A stretch of DNA of 64,000 bases from Macrostomum lignano (lineage: Eukaryota), in NCBI GenBank assembly GCA_002269645.1, contig NIVC01003168.1:51472-115471 (forward strand). Direction: 5' to 3'. Below the pieces are notes generated by a model. The model was not told the DNA's origin. It saw nothing but the letters and a program-made list of their open reading frames with translations, and made no database searches. This document shows, one piece after another, positions 1 to 11,570 of this stretch. The stretch's first letter is position 1. Every line of letters starts with the position of its first letter. Position numbers and translations under genes: made by a program.

Positions 1-22
1 GTGTACACAGCCAATGTCTCAC

Positions 23-3000
23 CTGGCCAACAATTTGTCCACCGTCGATGGCGAGGTAGCTGCGCTGGCCAGAGCCAGTGTCCGCTCGGAGGGTCCGCAG
101 CGAGTCTTTCTTGCCGCCGACTGTGAAGAATGCTGCGGTGGTGGGTAGGCCAATTGATAATGTGTCTCAGCCAATTGATAATGTGTCTCAGCCAATTGAT
201 AATGTGTCTCTGCCAATTGATAATGTGTCTCAGCCCAATAATAATGTGTCTCAGCCAATTGATAATGTGTCTCAGCCAATTGATAATGTGTCTCTGCCAA
301 TTGATAATGTGTCTCAGCCAATTGATAATGTGTCTCTGCCAATTGATAATGTGTCTCAGCCTAATAATAATGTGTCTCAGCCAATTGATAATGTGTCTAT
401 GCCAATTGATAATGTGTCTCTGCCAATTGATAATGTGTCTCTGCCAATTGATAATGTGTCTCTGCCAATTGATAATGTGTCTCTGCCAATTGATAATGTG
501 TCTCTGCCAATTGATAATGTGTCTCAGCCTATTAATAATGTGTCTCTGCCAATTGATAATGTGTCTCTGCCAATTGATAATGTGTCTATGCCAATTGATA
601 ATGTGTCTCAGCCTATTAATAATGTGTCTCTGCCAATTGATCATGTGTCTCAGCCAATTGATAATGTACGCAGTCATGCGTACAGGCACACACTCACACA
701 GGAGTGTACAGCGGCCCTAACTTTATTTATCGTTAGGCATGTACACTTCACTGCGCCTTGGGGGTTGGCCCTCAATGGCGTTAATTGCACAAGCAGAGCC
801 AAGCCACGATTTCAATTTAGCCCCAAATTAATGTGACTGCACTTGGAATCGAGCCTGGGCCGCTGGGACATCAGAGCGCCGGGCTAAACTACTGATTGTT
901 CACTGATTGTTCACAGCTAATCGGTCACTGATTGTTCACAGCTAATCGGTCACTGATTGTTCACAGCTAATCGGTCACTGATTGTTCACAGCTAATCGGT
1001 CACTGATTGTTCACAGCTAATCGGTCACTGATTGTTCACAGCTAATCGGTCACTGATTGTTCACAGCTAATCGGTCACTGATTGGTCACAGCTAATCGGT
1101 CACTGATTGTTCACGGCTAATCGGTCACTGATTGTTCACAGCTAATCGGTCACTGATTGTTCACAGCTAATCGATCACTGATTGGGTCACAGCTAATCGA
1201 TCACTGATTGTTCACAGCTAATCGGTCACTGATTGGTCACAGCTAATCGGTCACTGATTGGTCACAGCTAATTGTTCGCAATGTGTCGAAAATGAATAAT
1301 CGCTCACAGCTCGGGTCCGAGTCCTCGGCCGACGCGTCCACGCTGTTGTCCGAATTGATGCGGACCGGCCGGCCAGTCACCCGGCTGTACAGCTGGATGA
1401 CGGTGTCCGGTTGGAACAGCCAGGCCAGGGACTGCCAGGCCAGCTTCTCCAGTGGATCCAGCGGAAGTTCCGGTTGCTGTTTTTGCTGCTGTTGCTGCTG
1501 CTCCTGCGGCCGCAGCTCCCGGGTGGTCTTGCCGTCCTCTTCGGCCTCGTCCAGCCACCTTTGCAGGTGACATTGGGAAAAGGGGTTGCCCGAATGTGCG
1601 CACTGAGTGTGCATTCTACGAGTAAATGTACACCGAAATGTACATTATAGAAGTAAATGTACATTCTAAGTGTAAATGTACATTCTAAGCGCAAATGTAC
1701 ATTCTAAAAGTAAATTTATATTCTAAGAGCAGATGTACATTCTAAGAGCAGATTTGCATTATACTCATAAGAGCAAATGTACATTCTAAGAGCAAATGTA
1801 CATTCTAAGAGCAAATGTACATTCTAAGAGCAAATGTACATTCTAAGAGCAAATGTACATTCTAAGAGCAGATTTGCATTATACTCATAAGAGCAAATGT
1901 ACATTCTAAGAGCAAATGTACATTCTAAGAGCAAATGTACATTCTAAGAGCAAATGTACATTCTAAGAGCAAATGTACATTCTAAGAGCAAATGTACATT
2001 CTAAGAGCAAATGTACATTCTAAGAGCAAATGTACATTCTAAGAGCAAATGTACATTCTAAGAGCAAATGTACATTCTAAGAGCAGATTTGCATTATACT
2101 CATAAGAGCAAATGTACATTCTAAGAGCAGATTTGCATTATACTCATAAGAGCAAATGTACATTCTAAGAGCAGATGTACATTCTAAGAGTAAACGTGCA
2201 TTTCATAATGAGTACAATGGTAGCAAAGTGCAGAGCATAGAAGTTATCATAGCCCTCACCTGTGACACAAGAAAGTCACTGGCGCGTCCGGCTTCGATGC
2301 CGCAGTCACCTGCACGCTGTCCAGGAACCAGCCGTAGCCGGCGCCTTTGCCGTCGTGCCCGATGACCAGCTTCTTGATGCGGCCGAGGTACACGGCCTCC
2401 AGCTCGAACACGTCAGTCTGGGGAGTACCGGGAGTGTGGCTGGATTTTCAAATGCGCCACTCTACGGGCAGCATCTTAAAAAAGAAAGTTTCAAAAGAAA
2501 ACAACTTGAAGAATGCTGCTCGCGAAATATTCCTGTTGCTGACGGCAGCGTGAAAATTCAATCCGGTTTTAGCGGCCTAATCCCTATTAGCGCGGATTAG
2601 CAGGGAATTAGGGTCAGCCGCTGCGACAGCTGTGAAAAATTCGCGATATTTATCCTTAAAGCTGGCGCATTTGTGTCAGGAGTGAGAAAAAATATATTTT
2701 ATAAATTTTATTCCTCCTGTTTTTGCTTGCTCAGCTCAAAAAATTTTCTGAGTAAAACAACGCCAGAAAAATCTCTTGATGTTTCGCCGTCGGCTGTCAC
2801 TTCTGCTGCAGCCGATGCTGCCGCTCTTGCTGCAGCTGCTACTGCCTGACATTCAGCCCGCGACCGCCTGCTCCGCGACCTCAGTTCGCGAAATTCAAAG
2901 CAAAATTGTGAACGGCAAGCTGGCTGCAATCCGCTGCTCCGACATCAAGGGAATTCTGCGCGGCGGCTCGCTGATGGACCCGGCAACCTACATCGAGTGC

Positions 3001-6000
3001 CTGCCGAACAGCACGGAGCACGCCTGCACCGGCGGCGCCCGGTGTCTCGGCTACCGCTGCGGCTGCCCGGACGGCCTGGTGTACATCGGTGCCCTCGGCT
3101 GCACTGACGTGGACGAGTGCTCGCTGAAGCTGGGCGGCCCGGCCTGCACGGGACCGCAGGATCGGGTCAGCTGCGTGAACCTTCAGGGCGGATTCGCGTG
3201 CAACTGCACCCAGCCGGGCCAGCAGTACCACCCGGAGTGGGGCTGCACCGACTCGCCCGAGTGCGTCTTCCCCTTCGTCTACAGGGGCAAGCGGTACACC
3301 CACTGCACCTCGGCTGACCGCGGCTACCTGTGGTGCGGCCTGAGCGATGATGTGGACCGCGACAACCGGTGGGTGGCGTGCCCGCTGAGCTACGGCACCG
3401 CGCACTGCGTGTTTCCCACGCGCTACCAGGGCGAGCTTCGGTCCGGCTGCTTCGTTGACAAGCCGACCGGCAAGCGGCTATGCTCGCTGACCAGCAACTT
3501 TGATGCCGATCGGGAGGCTGAGCTATGCATGGAGGTTGCTTAGGCCTACCGGACGTGTCACCATCAGCAGCTGTCTGTCATCCTGCGTTTTTTTGGTTTC
3601 TGGGACAAATCTGTGACTTCTTAATTCCTTCATTTTCAGCGCAGTGTTTTCGTCGAACGCAGAATTGATAGACTATATGTTTTCATAAATCATTCACTGA
3701 GAATTCAAAATTGGCAAGTTGGATTTTAAGTTATAAATGTTTCACAACAAAGCACCATGATACTCAAGCGCCAACTAAACTCTTTCGTTGTACTGAACTG
3801 ATCACGCATGAATATAATTAGTGCAACTCAGCTCAGCATTCATCAAAGTACGCACTGAATGTTTTTCTGCCATTTACGAGCGTATTTCAAGCTCGTGTCC
3901 TCACCTGGCCCATTTGAAATGGTTGCTGAGCTCCCGACACCGGCCTTGACAGCTTTCGCGGCCCGGTGTCTCCGTAGTCGCCGAACAGCACGACGCTGAC
4001 TGCGGCTTCGGTGCTGGCGTTGAAGCAGCTACCGGTGCGAACCTCGACGGTGTACTTTTCCACTGCAAGGTTTGGGAGAGTTGGGTTCTTGTGGAACTGC
4101 ATCTCTGTGGCTTGTACACTTGGTGTGGGTTCTTGTGGAACTGCATCTCTGTGGCTTGTACACTTGGTGTGGGTTCTTGTGGAACTGCATCTCTGTGGCT
4201 TGTACACTTGGTGTGGGTTCTTGTGGAACTGCATCTCTGTGGCTTGTACACTTGGTGTGGGTTCTTGTGGAACTGCATCTCTGTGGCTTGTACACTTGGT
4301 GTGGGTTCTTGTGGTACTGCATCTCTGTGGCTTGTACAGTTGGTGTGGGTTCTTGTGGAACTGCATCTCTGTGGCTTGTAAAGTTGGTGTGGGTTCTTGT
4401 GGAACTGCATCTCTGTGGCTTGTACAGTTGGTGTGGGTTCTTGTGGAACTGCATCTCTGTGGCTTGTACTGTTGGTGTGGGTTCTTGTGGAACTGCATCT
4501 CTGTGGCTTGTACAGTTGGTGTGGGTTCTTGTGGAACTGCATCTCTGTGGCTTGTACAGTTGGTGTGGGTTCTTGTGGAACTGCATCTCTGTGGCTTGTA
4601 CACTTGGTGTGGGTTCTTGTGGAACTGCATCTCTGTGGCTTGTACAGTTGGTGTGGATTCTTGTGGAACTGCATCTCTGTAGCTTGTACAGTTGGTGTGG
4701 ATTCTTGTGGATCTGCATCTCTGTAGCTTGTACAGTTGGTGTGGTTTCGTGTGGAACTGCATCTCTGTGGCTTGTACACTTGGTGTGCATTCTTGTGGAA
4801 CTGCATCTCTGTAGCTTGTACAGTTAGTGTGGATTCTTGTGGAACTGCATCTCTGTGGCTTGTACAGTTGGTGTGGATTCTTGTGGAACTGCATCTCTGT
4901 GGCTTGTACAGTTGGTGTGGGTTCTTGTGGAACTGCATCTCTGTGGCTTGTACTGTTGGTGTGGGTTCTTGTGGAACTGCATCTCTGTGGCTTGTACAGT
5001 TGGTGTGGATTCTTGTGGATCTGCATCTCTGTAGCTTGTACAGTTGGTGTGGGTTCTTGTGGAACTGCATCTCTGTAGCTTGTACAGTTGGTGTGGGTTC
5101 TTGTGGAACTGCATCTCTGTGGCTTGTACAGTTGGTGTGGGTTCTTGTGGAACTGCATCTCTGTGGCTTGTACTGTTGGTGTGGGTTCTTGTGGAACTGC
5201 ATCTCTGTGGCTTGTACACTTGGTGTGGGTTCTTGTGGAACTGCATCTCTGTGGCTTGTACACTTGGTGTGGGTTCTTGTGGAACTGCATCTCTGTGGCT
5301 TGTACACTTGGTGTGGGTTCTTGTGGAACTGCATCTCTGTGGCTTTTACAGTTGGTGTGGATTCTTGTGGAACTGCATCTCTGTGGCTTGTACACTTGGT
5401 GTGGATTCTTGTGGAACTGCATCTCTGTAGCTTGTACAGTTGGTGTGGATTCTTGTGGAACTGCATCTCTGTAGCTTGTACAGTTGGTGTGGATTCTTGT
5501 GGAACTGCATCTCTGTAGCTTGTACAGTTGGTGTGGATTCTTGTGGATCTGCATCTCTGTAGCTTGTACAGTTGGTGTGGTTTCTTGTGGAACTGCATCT
5601 CTGTGGCTTGTACACTTGGTGTGGATTCTTGTGGAACTGCATCTCTGTAGCTTGTACAGTTGGTGTGGATTCTTGTGGAACTGCATCTCTGTGGCTTGTA
5701 CAGTTGGTGTGGGTTCTTGTGGAACTGCATCTCTGTGGCTTGTACAGTTGGTGTGGGTTCTTGTGGAACTGCAATTCTGTGGCTTGTACAGTTGGTGTGG
5801 GTTCTTGTGGAACTGCATCTCTGTAGCTTGTACACTTGGTGTGGGTTCTTGTGGAACTGCATCTCTGTGGCTTGTACACTTGGTGTGGGTTCTTGTGGAA
5901 CTGCATCTCTGTGGCTTGTACACTTGGTGTGGGTTCTTGTGGAACTGCATCTCTGTGGCTTGTACAGTTGGTGTGGGTTCTTGTGGATCTGCATCTCTGT

Positions 6001-9000
6001 AGCTTGTACAGTTGGTGTGGGTTCTTGTGGATCTGCATCTCTGTAGCTTGTACAGTTGGTGTGGGTTCTTGTGGAACTGCATCTCTGTAGCTTGTACAGT
6101 TGGTGTGGGTTCTTGTGGAACTGCATCTCTGTGGCTTGTACAGTTGGTGTGGGTTCTTGTGGAACTGCATCTCTGTGGCTTGTACAGTTGGTGTGGGTTC
6201 TTGTGGAACTGCATCTCTGTGGCTTGTACAGTTGGTGTGGGTTCTTGTGGAACTGCATCTCTGTGGCTTGTACACTTGGTGTGGGTTCTTGTGGAACTGC
6301 ATCTCTGTGGCTTGTACACTTGGTGTGGGTTCTTGTGGAACTGCATCTCTGTGGCTTTTACAGTTGGTGTGGATTCTTGTGGAACTGCATCTCTGTGGCT
6401 TGTACACTTGGTGTGGATTCTTGTGGAACTGCATCTCTGTAGCTTGTACAGTTGGTGTGGATTCTTGTGGAACTGCATCTCTGTAGCTTGTACAGTTAGT
6501 GTGGATTCTTGTGGAACTGCATCTCTGTAGCTTGTACAGTTGGTGTGGATTCTTGTGGATCTGCATCTCTGTAGCTTGTACAGTTGGTGTGGTTTCTTGT
6601 GGAACTGCATCTCTGTGGCTTGTACACTTGGTGTGCATTCTTGTGGAACTGCATCTCTGTAGCTTGTACAGTTGGTGTGGATTCTTGTGAAACTGCATCT
6701 CTGTGGCTTGTACACTTGGTGTGGGTTCTTGTGGAACTGCATCTCTGTGGCTTGTACAGTTGGTGTGGGTTCTTGTGGAACTGCAATTCTGTGGCTTGTA
6801 CAGTTGGTGTGGGTTCTTGTGGAACTGCATCTCTGTAGCTTGTACAGTTAGTGTGGTTTCTTGTGGAACTGCATCTCTGTGGCTTGTACACTTGGTGTGC
6901 ATTCTTGTGGAACTGCATCTCTGTAGCTTGTACAGTTGGTGTGGGTTCTTGTGGAACTGCATCTCTGTGGCTTGTACAGTTGGTGTGGGTTCTTGTGGAA
7001 CTGCAATTCTGTGGCTTGTACAGTTGGTGTGGGTTCTTGTGGAACTGCATCTCTGTAGCTTGTACAGTTAGTGTGGGTTCTTGTGGAACTGCATCTCTGT
7101 ATAAACTTGAATAGTTATGGATTATTAAGGAACCGGATGCATAAATGTAGAGTTTACAATGGACTTTGAGTTATTTTCATCGATTTTTGCGCAGAACCAG
7201 AGCTGCAAAATGCACTCTCATTGCTCAGCTGTCGCCAGCAAGCCATTTTTCCATCTCAAACAAAGCCGAGGCAAAAGTCTCCGAGCTCAAAGCAGTCAAA
7301 AGAGGGCAGCAAAAAAGAAAGCAAAACGGATGAATTAAAAAGCGGCTCTCCAGGACGTGCCCGCCCAGCCCGTCATTCTAAAAGCCCCGGCAACCTGTGG
7401 GTCGCTACATTTTCTCCCTAATTACCCCGCTGCTTAGCCTCTCATTTGCCTGTGTTCTCAACTTCAGGCGGGGCAGCAGATTGCGGCGGAGGCAGAGCTT
7501 TGCCGGAGGAGGAGGAGGATCGCTCTTTGTCCAAAAATGGCGCAGGGAGGCTGGGGTGATGAGGCATCGCGGAAGAAATCTAATATCCCATAGAAAGACG
7601 CTAGTTGCTGGGGGACGGAGTAGCCGTTCACGAGATAAGCATTGATGTCGGATTCCATTTCATTAATTCCCCCCCCCAGCCTCCATCGGATTCTCCACGG
7701 ACCTGTCGCCCGAACCGATGGGGGGGGGTTCATTTTCCTTATTCGGACAGATTTTCACCTCTGTTGGGTTAATGAGGGCGGGTCAGAGGGGCATGGATGG
7801 GGAGCTGAGGAAGCAAATTCTGTCGAACGGGGGGAGGCAGTGCATTCTAATTAAACATACTGAACTGGCTCGAAGCTATGTAAGAACATAAAATTGAGCA
7901 TGAGAGCCGTGGCGCCCATACAGATACCTATAGATTTGCATAATGGTAAAGCAAAGTCCGGGGCAGCGCTTAAGCACACTATGCCCGAAGCCAATCAGCC
8001 CGGCATCCCGGCAGCTGAAGACTTTTCCAACAATTCTATAATGCCGAGTCCCCGATCCGGCTAGCAGATTAGGGAGTTAATTAAATGCCTGGACTGAGCC
8101 GCGCCAGTTGCCAGGGGGGGGATTGACGCATTCGGGGCCTATTAATTACCGCCTCGCGTGCCCCGTGCAGGTGGAGCGGACCCCTGCCGCACATGACAGG
8201 CTGCCTGTCACTTGAAGGGGAGGCAGGAGAGGCGGCGAGCAAGAGGGCGAGAGCAAACAATACAAATCACCGAGCGAGCTGCAGTCCTGACCTCAGCTCG
8301 GCAACCTCGCTCTCGGAATTCACTGAAGCCCTCTCGTCTCAACTCCCACACGGCCGTATCCAAGTGGTTGCCCAGGCAACCTCCGCCGACCAATTTCGGG
8401 ATTCAGGAGACGGATAGCTAGTGTTTTCCCCAGCCAGGAAATGAAGAGCTCTCGATGTCAGTAAAAAACAGGATTTGCAAGTGGACTGGCTGTAACTATA
8501 TATAGTCAGATAGATGGCTGGCTGGGCTATTTACAAAAGTCTGATATATTGTGAGCAAAGAGCGGCTCATTGTGGATATTCATCCTGCAAAAAACTTGTC
8601 ATAAAACATGTCCCAGATTTATATACTATTTATAGTCACTCTGCACTGCAGCAGTGGTCAGCAGTCCCAGTCACTCATCTCTGCACTCTGCACTGCAGCA
8701 GTGGTCAGCAGTCCCAGTCACTCATCTCTGCACTCTGCACTGCAGCAGAGGTCAGCAGTCCCAGTAACTCATCTCTGCACTCTGCACTGCAGCAGTGGTC
8801 AGCAGTCCCAGTCACTCATCTCTGCACTCTGCACTGCAGCAGAGGTCAGCAGTCCCAGTCACTCATCTCTGCACTCTGCACTGCAGCAGTGGTCAGCAGT
8901 CCCAGTCACTCATCTCTGTACTCTGCACTGCAGCAGAGGTCAGCAGTCCCAGTCACTCATCTCTGTACTCTGCACTGCAGCAGAGGTCAGCAGTCCCAGT

Positions 9001-11351
9001 CACTCATCTCTGCACTCTGCACTGCAGCAGAGGTCAGCAGTCCCAGTCACTCACTAGGCAGAGGCCTGGCGCCCTCCCGCACTGCTGGCAGCTCCTTGCT
9101 GGGCTCGCAGTCGGGCCGACTGTCCGCAAGCCAGCAGTTGAAGTCGAAGGTGAGCTGCTCAGCCGTGTGCGCGTCCGTCATGACCAGCTGGCCGACGCAC
9201 CAGTCCGGAGCGGGGCCTGAGCAGTCGTGGCTCAGTCGGACTTTCATCACCTCACCGATTGGGCCCGTGTTAATCTAAAAATGTAAAATTTGTTCCTATG
9301 TGAACTCAAAATCACGACTGAATAACATTTTTTCTGAACATTCTGCGAGGAAAATAATAATTGATTACACCTGCCCCAATGGCCAGATGTGCAACCGACA
9401 GCTCAGCCGCAGCTATTGCGCGGCGCATCTGAAGGCTGCGTACGGCTGTTCAGTCCAAGGACTGGGGGGGGGGGTCGCCACACGCACCCTCAATTACCCC
9501 AGCTAATGCTGGCACCCATTTTACAGCTGGGTGAACTGAAGCAATGCAGAGTTAAGTGTCTTGCTTAATGACACAAATTGTTCCGAGTGGGTCGAGAATC
9601 GAACCCCCGACCTTTCAGTCGATACTTCAAAATATTGACTTTAATTAATAAAACCCAACCGTAGTTAAAAAATGAAAAATGGAGAAGCAGATACGGGGCG
9701 ACAACAGCTCGCACTAAAGCACACAATAGCCCAGCAAAGTCGCAGATTGACTTTTGCATGCGCAATGTTTGAGCAAGATTGTACCTGCTGTTGACTCTGT
9801 GCCGGAGTTCGATAACTACTGCTCTGTGGGCAAATATAAGCAAATATGCGTCTTGCCAGCTACCTCGAACTCGTCTTCTTGGCCGGCTTGGAAAGGGTCA
9901 ACAATGCAGTCGGTTTGGATTGGCATGCTGAGCGCTATGGGCTCCGAGCTGCCCTGGCGGCCGTACACTGTGATGAAGACTCGGCTGCTGGTGCCGTGCT
10001 CCTCTGGCCCGGACTGGGTGCTCACCCGAACTTGCCACTGACCCTCTGCGGAGTGACATTCCGAGTTTCACTGAGCAGATTTATTTGAGCAATAAAATAA
10101 CTTGTAAAAGACTTAACTATCTGATCCCAGACTCTTCCATGAGCACTCCTCAGATCCCTGAGTGAGCTACCGCTTTCACTCCTCAGATCCCTGAGTGAGC
10201 TATCGCTTCCACTCTTCAGATCCCTGAGTGAGCTACCGCTTCCACTCCTCAGATCCCTGAGTGAGCTACCGCCGTCACTCCTCAGATCCCTGAGTGAGCT
10301 ACCGCTTCCACTCCTCAGATCCCTGAGTGAGCTACTCCTTCAAAGAGATTCTCAAACTCCAAGTTATCTCCCGCACCGAATTCAAAAGTTTCATAACCCC
10401 GCAGTCATCTCACTCGACTTCGAGGCATTCGCCCGGCTGTCTCGATTGTTGTTGACCCGCCTGCTGCCCGCCGGTTGCAGCGACTTGGCGCCAGCGCCGC
10501 CTTTGCTACCGTCAGCAGCCGGCCCGCCGTTCCAGGCGTTCATCGGCTTGAACTTTTCGGTGCCGGCCACCACCAGGTGATCGGAGCCGTTGTAGATTGC
10601 GGATAGGGACTCGATCTGCACGGCCGATCAGAATAGGGCTAAGTAGACCAGCTACAGACTAGGGTACACAGCAACGATTCAACAATTTAACTCAGCTCAC
10701 CGGCTCGCCGTCCACGGTGTAGAGGCGGCGCACCTGCATCTGGAACATGGCGGACAGGTCGTCCAGCACCTGCTCGTAGTCGCGCACGTTCCGCTTGTTG
10801 AGCAGCACGATGTGCTTCTTGAACGGTTCGCCGTTCTTTCTAGCGTAAATCCGTTTGCAGTCGGCCTGACGAAACGTCGGCGCGTAGGGCGCCGGCCCAG
10901 CCGCGTCCGGTTCTGAGCCCGGGTAGCTGCGGCTGTCCGGCTGGCTGCGCCTCGGCGCTGGCCGGATCGGGTCCGGCGCGGTACCGTTGCGCGCTTTTCC
11001 GCCGGCGCCACGCCAGGCAGGCGGCGGCGGCAGCGGCTGCTGTTGGCCTGGCAGCGCTCCCGCCCGGCGCTGGTTTGTGGAGCAAACGTAGTGGCCCTGG
11101 TTGGCGAAGTCTTCGACTGAGGCGACACGGTCGCGACCTTTCGGCGTGAAGACGGCGCGGACTCCGTAGCTGAGCTCCGGCATGCGGCCGGTGAGCTCGG
11201 TGAGCAGCGTGTCGAGGCCGCGGTAGCGGTTGGGGTGGATGGCCAGCCGCACGGGGTCCTTGTGCTGCACTCCGTCTCGATGGAAGAAGACAGTTTTAGC
11301 CGGACGTGGCCGGTTCTGCTCGTTGCTTGGGCCCAGCTGGGGCAGCGAATC

Positions 11352-11382
<31 letters not shown>

Positions 11383-11570
11383 TGCTCCTCCTGTGGTTGA
11401 TCGCTGTGGCCGTTTTCCATTTTGCCTTCCTCCAAGTCGAAGATTTGCTCTTGCGTTTCGTCGGTACCTTCTGCGGCTGCTGGAGCTGCCGCCGGAACTG
11501 CCTCCTCGTCTGCGAGCGGCCTATCGGAGGGCGGCGCCGGCTCTGGATCCGGCGCGGCTGCTGAGGACAT
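23..11570 (-). CDS. Doublecortin (2x DCX) + PLAT/LH2 (>=2x) protein, RP1/LOXHD1-like architecture; spliced, 3' end outside the window
   Basis: Phase-consistent GT-AG exons (minus strand): 10701-11570 (ATG; DCX1 KTVFFHRDG...GVRAVFTPKG...HYVCS; DCX2 KRIYARKNG...VRRLYTVDGEP), 10414-10615 (IESLSAIYNGSDHLVVAGTEKFK), 9864-10045 (WQVRVST...VFITVYG...PFQAGQEDEFE), 9055-9274 (IGEVMKVRLSHD...WCVGQL...FNCWL), 3905-4062 (YTVEVRTG...VSVVLFGDYGDTG), 2260-2417 (TDVFELEAVYLGRIKKLVIGHDG...WFLDSV), 1308-1558 (WLDEAEEDGKTTREL...IQLYSRVTGRPVRI), 23-132. Family assignment is from motif recognition. Confidence 0.88.
150..666. repeat. 21-bp minisatellite (CCAATTGATAATGTGTCTCTG), about 24 copies
   Basis: Direct reading; intronic. 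Confidence 0.95.
665..890 (-). mobile_element. Putative tRNA-derived SINE, second family
   Basis: Minus-strand head with GGCTCGATTCC B-box. The body (CACACAGG..GTGTACAGCGG...GGCATGTACAC...GCCTTGGGGGTTGGC on plus) is shared with 39600-39850. Confidence 0.45.
891..1270. repeat. 25-bp minisatellite (CACTGATTGTTCACAGCTAATCGGT), about 15 copies
   Basis: Direct reading; intronic. Confidence 0.95.
1625..2190. repeat. 19-bp minisatellite (AATGTACATTCTAAGAGCA) with interspersed variant units
   Basis: Direct reading; fills most of intron 1559-2259. Confidence 0.95.
2779..3543 (+). CDS. Intronless secreted protein: signal peptide, EB/EGF-like module, calcium-binding EGF, two fibronectin type II domains; nested antisense in an intron of the DCX-PLAT gene
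   Basis: Continuous GC-rich ORF of about 254 aa. Hydrophobic N-terminus; CTGGARCLGYRCGCPDG; DVDEC...SCVNLQGGFACNC (cbEGF consensus); CVFPFVYRGKRYTHCT...LWCGLSDDVDRDNRWVAC and CVFPTRYQG...LCSLTSNFDAD (FN2 consensus). It lies in host intron 2418-3904. Confidence 0.85.
   Translation: MFRRRLSLLLQPMLPLLLQLLLPDIQPATACSATSVREIQSKIVNGKLAAIRCSDIKGILRGGSLMDPATYIECLPNSTEHACTGGARCLGYRCGCPDGLVYIGALGCTDVDECSLKLGGPACTGPQDRVSCVNLQGGFACNCTQPGQQYHPEWGCTDSPECVFPFVYRGKRYTHCTSADRGYLWCGLSDDVDRDNRWVACPLSYGTAHCVFPTRYQGELRSGCFVDKPTGKRLCSLTSNFDADREAELCMEVA
4078..7100. repeat. 44-bp minisatellite (GTTGGTGTGGGTTCTTGTGGAACTGCATCTCTGTGGCTTGTACA), about 68 copies
   Basis: Direct reading; source of the dozens of spurious ORFs at 3.9-7.1 kb. 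Confidence 0.97.
8367..8380. promoter_or_regulatory. Full palindromic RFX X-box inside an intron of the DCX-PLAT gene
   Basis: GTTGCCCAGGCAAC (two perfect GTTGCC half-sites) in a GC-rich, non-repetitive intronic island, about 7400-8420. Confidence 0.5.
8637..9052. repeat. 47-bp minisatellite, about 9 copies, starting at the splice donor
   Basis: Unit CAGCAGTCCCAGTCACTCATCTCTGCACTCTGCACTGCAGCAGTGGT. Confidence 0.95.
9365..9620 (-). mobile_element. Second copy of the CORE-SINE (5' head eroded)
   Basis: High identity to 20255-20510 by visual alignment; B-box GGTTCGATTC retained. Confidence 0.7.
10144..10335. repeat. 33-bp minisatellite, about 6 copies
   Basis: Unit CACTCCTCAGATCCCTGAGTGAGCTACCGCTTC. 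Confidence 0.9.

Noticed and set aside
3887-7114. Dozens of long ORFs (up to 951 aa) in all frames
   Set aside because: Translations of a 44-bp minisatellite. Only 3905-4062 is a real exon, bounded by canonical splice sites.
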